32,218 nt of DNA from Nemertoderma westbladi (taxonomy: Eukaryota > Animalia > Xenacoelomorpha). The notes beneath the pieces are model-generated. The model was not told the origin of the DNA. It saw only the letters and a program-made list of their open reading frames with translations, and made no database searches. Shown here piece by piece: positions 23,501 to 32,218 of the stretch. Position 1 is the first letter of the stretch. Every line of letters begins with the position of its first letter. Location of the stretch: positions 1 through 32,218 of the forward strand of contig JAUCBJ010002712.1 in the NCBI GenBank assembly GCA_032718475.1, given 5' to 3'. A program made the translations under genes and the position numbers.

Positions 23501-26500
23501 CTATTTGTTGTTGTACGTGTTACTGTACTTGATACTATACTTGTTGTTGTACTTGTTACTGGTATGGACAATATAAACGGTGTAACTTAAATTCTGTTCT
23601 TTAATCACGCTTATTACTACGATAAAACATTGTCTTTGTTGCTCTATTTGTTGTTGTACGTGTTACTGTACTTGATACTATACTTGTTGTTGTACTTGTT
23701 ACTGGTATGGACAATATAAACGGTGTAACTTAAATTCTGTTCTTTAATCACGCTTATTACTACGATAAAACATTGTCTTTGTTGCTCTATTTGTTGTTGT
23801 ACGTGTTACTGTACTTGATACTATACTTGTTGTTGTACTTGTTACTGGTATGGACAATATAAACGGTGTAACTTAAATTCTGTTCTTTAATCACGCTTAT
23901 TACTACGATAAAACATTGTCTTTGTTGCTCTATTTGTTGTTGTACGTGTTACTGTACTTGATACTATACTTGTTGTTGTACTTGTTACTGGTATGGACAA
24001 TATAAACGGTGTAACTTAAATTCTGTTATTAATCACGCTTACTACCATGATAAAACATTGTCTTTGTTTACTACCATGATAAAACATTGTCTTTGTTTAC
24101 TACCATGATAAAACATTGTCTTTGTTGCTCTATTTGTTGTTGTACGTGTTACTGTACTTGTTGTTGTAATTGTTACTGTACTTGATACTATACTTGTTGT
24201 TGTACTTGTTACTGGTATGGACAATATAAACGGTGTAACTTAAATTCTGTTCTTTAATCACGCTTATTACTACGATAAAACATTGTCTTTGTTGCTCTAT
24301 TTGTTGTTGTACGTGTTACTGTACTTGATACTATACTTGTTGTTGTACTTGTTACTGGTATGGACAATATAAACGGTGTAACTTAAATTCTGTTATTAAT
24401 CACGCTTACTACCATGATAAAACATTGTCTTTGTTTACTACCATGATAAAACATTGTCTTTGTTTACTACCATGATAAAACATTGTCTTTGTTGCTCTAT
24501 TTGTTGTTGTACGTGTTACTGTACTTGTTGTTGTAATTGTTACTGTACTTGATACTATACTTGTTGTTGTACTTGTTACTGGTATGGACAATATAAACGG
24601 TGTAACTTAAATTCTGTTCTTTAATCACGCTTATTACTACGATAAAACATTGTCTTTGTTGCTCTATTTGTTGTTGTACGTGTTACTGTACTTGATACTA
24701 TACTTGTTGTTGTACTTGTTACTGGTATGGACAATATAAACGGTGTAACTTAAATTCTGTTATTAATCACGCTTACTACCATGATAAAACATTGTCTTTG
24801 TTTACTACCATGATAAAACATTGTCTTTGTTTACTACCATGATAAAACATTGTCTTTGTTGCTCTATTTGTTGTTGTACGTGTTACTGTACTTGTTGTTG
24901 TAATTGTTACTGTACTTGATACTATACTTGTTGTTGTACTTGTTACTGGTATGGACAATATAAACGGTGTAACTTAAATTCTGTTCTTTAATCACGCTTA
25001 TTACTACGATAAAACATTGTCTTTGTTGCTCTATTTGTTGTTGTACGTGTTACTGTACTTGATACTATACTTGTTGTTGTACTTGTTACTGGTATGGACA
25101 ATATAAACGGTGTAACTTAAATTCTGTTATTAATCACGCTTACTACCATGATAAAACATTGTCTTTGTTTACTACCATGATAAAACATTGTCTTTGTTTA
25201 CTACCATGATAAAACATTGTCTTTGTTTACTACCATGATAAAACATTGTCTTTGTTTACTACCATGATAAAACATTGTCTTTGTTGCTCTATTTGTTGTT
25301 GTACGTGTTACTGTACTTGATACTATACTTGTTGTTGTACTTGTTACTGGTATGGACAATATAAACGGTGTAACTTAAATTCTGTTCTTTAATCACGCTT
25401 ATTACTACGATAAAACATTGTCTTTGTTGCTCTATTTGTTGTTGTACGTGTTACTGTACTTGATACTATACTTGTTGTTGTACTTGTTACTGGTATGGAC
25501 AATATAAACGGTGTAACTTAAATTCTGTTCTTTAATCACGCTTATTACTACGATAAAACATTGTCTTTGTTGCTCTATTTGTTGTTGTACGTGTTACTGT
25601 ACTTGATACTATACTTGTTGTTGTACTTGTTACTGGTATGGACAATATAAACGGTGTAACTTAAATTCTGTTATTAATCACGCTTACTACCATGATAAAA
25701 CATTGTCTTTGTTTACTACCATGATAAAACATTGTCTTTGTTTACTACCATGATAAAACATTGTCTTTGTTGCTCTATTTGTTGTTGTACGTGTTACTGT
25801 ACTTGATACTATACTTGTTGTTGTACTTGTTACTGGTATGGACAATATAAACGGTGTAACTTAAATTCTGTTATTAATCACGCTTACTACCATGATAAAA
25901 CATTGTCTTTGTTTACTACCATGATAAAACATTGTCTTTGTTTACTACCATGATAAAACATTGTCTTTGTTTACTACCATGATAAAACATTGTCTTTGTT
26001 TACTACCATGATAAAACATTGTCTTTGTTGCTCTATTTGTTGTTGTACGTGTTACTGTACTTGATACTATACTTGTTGTTGTACTTGTTACTGGTATGGA
26101 CAATATAAACGGTGTAACTTAAATTCTGTTCTTTAATCACGCTTATTACTACGATAAAACATTGTCTTTGTTGCTCTATTTGTTGTTGTACGTGTTACTG
26201 TACTTGATACTATACTTGTTGTTGTACTTGTTACTGGTATGGACAATATAAACGGTGTAACTTAAATTCTGTTCTTTAATCACGCTTATTACTACGATAA
26301 AACATTGTCTTTGTTGCTCTATTTGTTGTTGTACGTGTTACTGTACTTGATACTATACTTGTTGTTGTACTTGTTACTGGTATGGACAATATAAACGGTG
26401 TAACTTAAATTCTGTTATTAATCACGCTTACTACCATGATAAAACATTGTCTTTGTTTACTACCATGATAAAACATTGTCTTTGTTTACTACCATGATAA

Positions 26501-29500
26501 AACATTGTCTTTGTTGCTCTATTTGTTGTTGTACGTGTTACTGTACTTGATACTATACTTGTTGTTGTACTTGTTACTGGTATGGACAATATAAACGGTG
26601 TAACTTAAATTCTGTTATTAATCACGCTTACTACCATGATAAAACATTGTCTTTGTTTACTACCATGATAAAACATTGTCTTTGTTGCTCTATTTGTTGT
26701 TGTACGTGTTACTGTACTTGATACTATACTTGTTGTTGTACTTGTTACTGGTATGGACAATATAAACGGTGTAACTTAAATTCTGTTATTAATCACGCTT
26801 ACTACCATGATAAAACATTGTCTTTGTTTACTACCATGATAAAACATTGTCTTTGTTGCTCTATTTGTTGTTGTACGTGTTACTGTACTTGTTGTTGTAA
26901 TTGTTACTGTACTTGATACTATACTTGTTGTTGTACTTGTTACTGGTATGGACAATATAAACGGTGTAACTTAAATTCTGTTCTTTAATCACGCTTATTA
27001 CTACGATAAAACATTGTCTTTGTTGCTCTATTTGTTGTTGTACGTGTTACTGTACTTGATACTATACTTGTTGTTGTACTTGTTACTGGTATGGACAATA
27101 TAAACGGTGTAACTTAAATTCTGTTATTAATCACGCTTACTACCATGATAAAACATTGTCTTTGTTTACTACCATGATAAAACATTGTCTTTGTTTACTA
27201 CCATGATAAAACATTGTCTTTGTTTACTACCATGATAAAACATTGTCTTTGTTTACTACCATGATAAAACATTGTCTTTGTTGCTCTATTTGTTGTTGTA
27301 CGTGTTACTGTACTTGATACTATACTTGTTGTTGTACTTGTTACTGGTATGGACAATATAAACGGTGTAACTTAAATTCTGTTCTTTAATCACGCTTATT
27401 ACTACGATAAAACATTGTCTTTGTTGCTCTATTTGTTGTTGTACGTGTTACTGTACTTGATACTATACTTGTTGTTGTACTTGTTACTGGTATGGACAAT
27501 ATAAACGGTGTAACTTAAATTCTGTTCTTTAATCACGCTTATTACTACGATAAAACATTGTCTTTGTTGCTCTATTTGTTGTTGTACGTGTTACTGTACT
27601 TGATACTATACTTGTTGTTGTACTTGTTACTGGTATGGACAATATAAACGGTGTAACTTAAATTCTGTTATTAATCACGCTTACTACCATGATAAAACAT
27701 TGTCTTTGTTTACTACCATGATAAAACATTGTCTTTGTTTACTACCATGATAAAACATTGTCTTTGTTGCTCTATTTGTTGTTGTACGTGTTACTGTACT
27801 TGATACTATACTTGTTGTTGTACTTGTTACTGGTATGGACAATATAAACGGTGTAACTTAAATTCTGTTATTAATCACGCTTACTACCATGATAAAACAT
27901 TGTCTTTGTTTACTACCATGATAAAACATTGTCTTTGTTGCTCTATTTGTTGTTGTACGTGTTACTGTACTTGATACTATACTTGTTGTTGTACTTGTTA
28001 CTGGTATGGACAATATAAACGGTGTAACTTAAATTCTGTTATTAATCACGCTTACTACCATGATAAAACATTGTCTTTGTTTACTACCATGATAAAACAT
28101 TGTCTTTGTTTACTACCATGATAAAACATTGTCTTTGTTTACTACCATGATAAAACATTGTCTTTGTTGCTCTATTTGTTGTTGTACGTGTTACTGTACT
28201 TGATACTATACTTGTTGTTGTACTTGTTACTGGTATGGACAATATAAACGGTGTAACTTAAATTCTGTTATTAATCACGCTTACTACCATGATAAAACAT
28301 TGTCTTTGTTTACTACCATGATAAAACATTGTCTTTGTTTACTACCATGATAAAACATTGTCTTTGTTGCTCTATTTGTTGTTGTACGTGTTACTGTACT
28401 TGATACTATACTTGTTGTTGTACTTGTTACTGGTATGGACAATATAAACGGTGTAACTTAAATTCTGTTATTAATCACGCTTACTACCATGATAAAACAT
28501 TGTCTTTGTTTACTACCATGATAAAACATTGTCTTTGTTGCTCTATTTGTTGTTGTACGTGTTACTGTACTTGATACTATACTTGTTGTTGTACTTGTTA
28601 CTGGTATGGACAATATAAACGGTGTAACTTAAATTCTGTTATTAATCACGCTTACTACCATGATAAAACATTGTCTTTGTTTACTACCATGATAAAACAT
28701 TGTCTTTGTTTACTACCATGATAAAACATTGTCTTTGTTTACTACCATGATAAAACATTGTCTTTGTTGCTCTATTTGTTGTTGTACGTGTTACTGTACT
28801 TGATACTATACTTGTTGTTGTACTTGTTACTGGTATGGACAATATAAACGGTGTAACTTAAATTCTGTTATTAATCACGCTTACTACCATGATAAAACAT
28901 TGTCTTTGTTTACTACCATGATAAAACATTGTCTTTGTTGCTCTATTTGTTGTTGTACGTGTTACTGTACTTGATACTATACTTGTTGTTGTACTTGTTA
29001 CTGGTATGGACAATATAAACGGTGTAACTTAAATTCTGTTATTAATCACGCTTACTACCATGATAAAACATTGTCTTTGTTTACTACCATGATAAAACAT
29101 TGTCTTTGTTTACTACCATGATAAAACATTGTCTTTGTTTACTACCATGATAAAACATTGTCTTTGTTGCTCTATTTGTTGTTGTACGTGTTACTGTACT
29201 TGATACTATACTTGTTGTTGTACTTGTTACTGGTATGGACAATATAAACGGTGTAACTTAAATTCTGTTATTAATCACGCTTACTACCATGATAAAACAT
29301 TGTCTTTGTTTACTACCATGATAAAACATTGTCTTTGTTTACTACCATGATAAAACATTGTCTTTGTTGCTCTATTTGTTGTTGTACGTGTTACTGTACT
29401 TGATACTATACTTGTTGTTGTACTTGTTACTGGTATGGACAATATAAACGGTGTAACTTAAATTCTGTTATTAATCACGCTTACTACCATGATAAAACAT

Positions 29501-32218
29501 TGTCTTTGTTTACTACCATGATAAAACATTGTCTTTGTTGCTCTATTTGTTGTTGTACGTGTTACTGTACTTGATACTATACTTGTTGTTGTACTTGTTA
29601 CTGGTATGGACAATATAAACGGTGTAACTTAAATTCTGTTATTAATCACGCTTACTACCATGATAAAACATTGTCTTTGTTTACTACCATGATAAAACAT
29701 TGTCTTTGTTGCTCTATTTGTTGTTGTACGTGTTACTGTACTTGATACTATACTTGTTGTTGTACTTGTTACTGGTATGGACAATATAAACGGTGTAACT
29801 TAAATTCTGTTATTAATCACGCTTACTACCATGATAAAACATTGTCTTTGTTTACTACCATGATAAAACATTGTCTTTGTTGCTCTATTTGTTGTTGTAC
29901 GTGTTACTGTACTTGATACTATACTTGTTGTTGTACTTGTTACTGGTATGGACAATATAAACGGTGTAACTTAAATTCTGTTCTTTAATCACGCTTATTA
30001 CTACGATAAAACATTGTCTTTGTTGCTCTATTTGTTGTTGTACGTGTTACTGTACTTGATACTATACTTGTTGTTGTACTTGTTACTGGTATGGACAATA
30101 TAAACGGTGTAACTTAAATTCTGTTCTTTAATCACGCTTATTACTACGATAAAACATTGTCTTTGTTGCTCTATTTGTTGTTGTACGTGTTACTGTACTT
30201 GATACTATACTTGTTGTTGTACTTGTTACTGGTATGGACAATATAAACGGTGTAACTTAAATTCTGTTATTAATCACGCTTACTACCATGATAAAACATT
30301 GTCTTTGTTTACTACCATGATAAAACATTGTCTTTGTTGCTCTATTTGTTGTTGTACGTGTTACTGTACTTGATACTATACTTGTTGTTGTACTTGTTAC
30401 TGGTATGGACAATATAAACGGTGTAACTTAAATTCTGTTATTAATCACGCTTACTACCATGATAAAACATTGTCTTTGTTTACTACCATGATAAAACATT
30501 GTCTTTGTTGCTCTATTTGTTGTTGTACGTGTTACTGTACTTGATACTATACTTGTTGTTGTACTTGTTACTGGTATGGACAATATAAACGGTGTAACTT
30601 AAATTCTGTTATTAATCACGCTTACTACCATGATAAAACATTGTCTTTGTTTACTACCATGATAAAACATTGTCTTTGTTGCTCTATTTGTTGTTGTACG
30701 TGTTACTGTACTTGATACTATACTTGTTGTTGTACTTGTTACTGGTATGGACAATATAAACGGTGTAACTTAAATTCTGTTCTTTAATCACGCTTATTAC
30801 TACGATAAAACATTGTCTTTGTTGCTCTATTTGTTGTTGTACGTGTTACTGTACTTGATACTATACTTGTTGTTGTACTTGTTACTGGTATGGACAATAT
30901 AAACGGTGTAACTTAAATTCTGTTCTTTAATCACGCTTACTACCATGATAAAACATTGTCTTTGTTTACTACCATGATAAAACATTGTCTTTGTTGCTCT
31001 ATTTGTTGTTGTACGTGTTACTGTACTTGATACTATACTTGTTGTTGTACTTGTTACTGGTATGGACAATATAAACGGTGTAACTTAAATTCTGTTATTA
31101 ATCACGCTTACTACCATGATAAAACATTGTCTTTGTTTACTACCATGATAAAACATTGTCTTTGTTGCTCTATTTGTTGTTGTACGTGTTACTGTACTTG
31201 ATACTATACTTGTTGTTGTACTTGTTACTGGTATGGACAATATAAACGGTGTAACTTAAATTCTGTTATTAATCACGCTTACTACCATGATAAAACATTG
31301 TCTTTGTTTACTACCATGATAAAACATTGTCTTTGTTGCTCTATTTGTTGTTGTACGTGTTACTGTACTTGATACTATACTTGTTGTTGTACTTGTTACT
31401 GGTATGGACAATATAAACGGTGTAACTTAAATTCTGTTATTAATCACGCTTACTACCATGATAAAACATTGTCTTTGTTTACTACCATGATAAAACATTG
31501 TCTTTGTTGCTCTATTTGTTGTTGTACGTGTTACTGTACTTGATACTATACTTGTTGTTGTACTTGTTACTGGTATGGACAATATAAACGGTGTAACTTA
31601 AATTCTGTTCTTTAATCACGCTTATTACTACGATAAAACATTGTCTTTGTTGCTCTATTTGTTGTTGTACGTGTTACTGTACTTGATACTATACTTGTTG
31701 TTGTACTTGTTACTGGTATGGACAATATAAACGGTGTAACTTAAATTCTGTTCTTTAATCACGCTTATTACTACGATAAAACATTGTCTTTGTTGCTCTA
31801 TTTGTTGTTGTACGTGTTACTGTACTTGATACTATACTTGTTGTTGTACTTGTTACTGGTATGGACAATATAAACGGTGTAACTTAAATTCTGTTATTAA
31901 TCACGCTTACTACCATGATAAAACATTGTCTTTGTTTACTACCATGATAAAACATTGTCTTTGTTGCTCTATTTGTTGTTGTACGTGTTACTGTACTTGA
32001 TACTATACTTGTTGTTGTACTTGTTACTGGTATGGACAATATAAACGGTGTAACTTAAATTCTGTTATTAATCACGCTTACTACCATGATAAAACATTGT
32101 CTTTGTTTACTACCATGATAAAACATTGTCTTTGTTGCTCTATTTGTTGTTGTACGTGTTACTGTACTTGATACTATACTTGTTGTTGTACTTGTTACTG
32201 GTATGGACAATATAAACG
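11563..32218. repeat. Composite satellite: 29-bp monomers (1 to ~47 per run) alternating with a 113/114-bp linker (also a +24-bp variant); continues past the window end
   Basis: Monomer TACTACCATGATAAAACATTGTCTTTGTT; linker GCTCTATTTGTTG...GGTATGGACAATATAAACGGTGTAACTTAAATTCTGTT(A/CT)TTAATCACGCT; unit lengths 143, 171, 200, 229 and 258 bp; about 90 linkers by manual count. Confidence 0.98.

Noticed and set aside
24042-31069. Short Thr-rich ORFs in the track (60-80 aa) as standalone genes
   Set aside because: They start at TTG and are by-products of repeat-unit combinations; unspliced frames hit stops.
11614-32218. CRISPR array (29-bp repeats with a weak AAACA/TGTTT hairpin)
   Set aside because: Repeats are head-to-tail or separated by an invariant linker; there are no unique spacers or cas genes, and the context is eukaryotic.

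Overview
Eukaryotic, AT-rich, probably marine-invertebrate genomic DNA (spliceosomal introns, eukaryotic tRNAs, LINE/SINE/Helentron debris). Bases ~2350-11560 hold the 3' part of a minus-strand spliced gene. Eight exons join with consistent phases, and the first two encode the end of a FERM C-lobe of the FRMPD1/3/4 family. Its introns carry two tRNA-Pro(AGG) genes, a minimal type I hammerhead ribozyme between Pol III A/B-box-like motifs, two Helentron/HINE-like elements, a 5'-truncated RTE LINE with TSD and other transposon remnants. Bases 11563-32218 (>20.6 kb, running off the window) are a very homogeneous composite satellite of 29-bp monomers and a ~113-bp linker, with nested higher-order repeats. 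The array starts inside the gene's splice acceptor and repeats the intron 3' end about 90 times. On the gene strand each unit can be parsed as a frame-preserving Thr-rich exon plus a GT-AG mini-intron; whether it is ever spliced that way is untested. All calls are by eye and no database searches were run.
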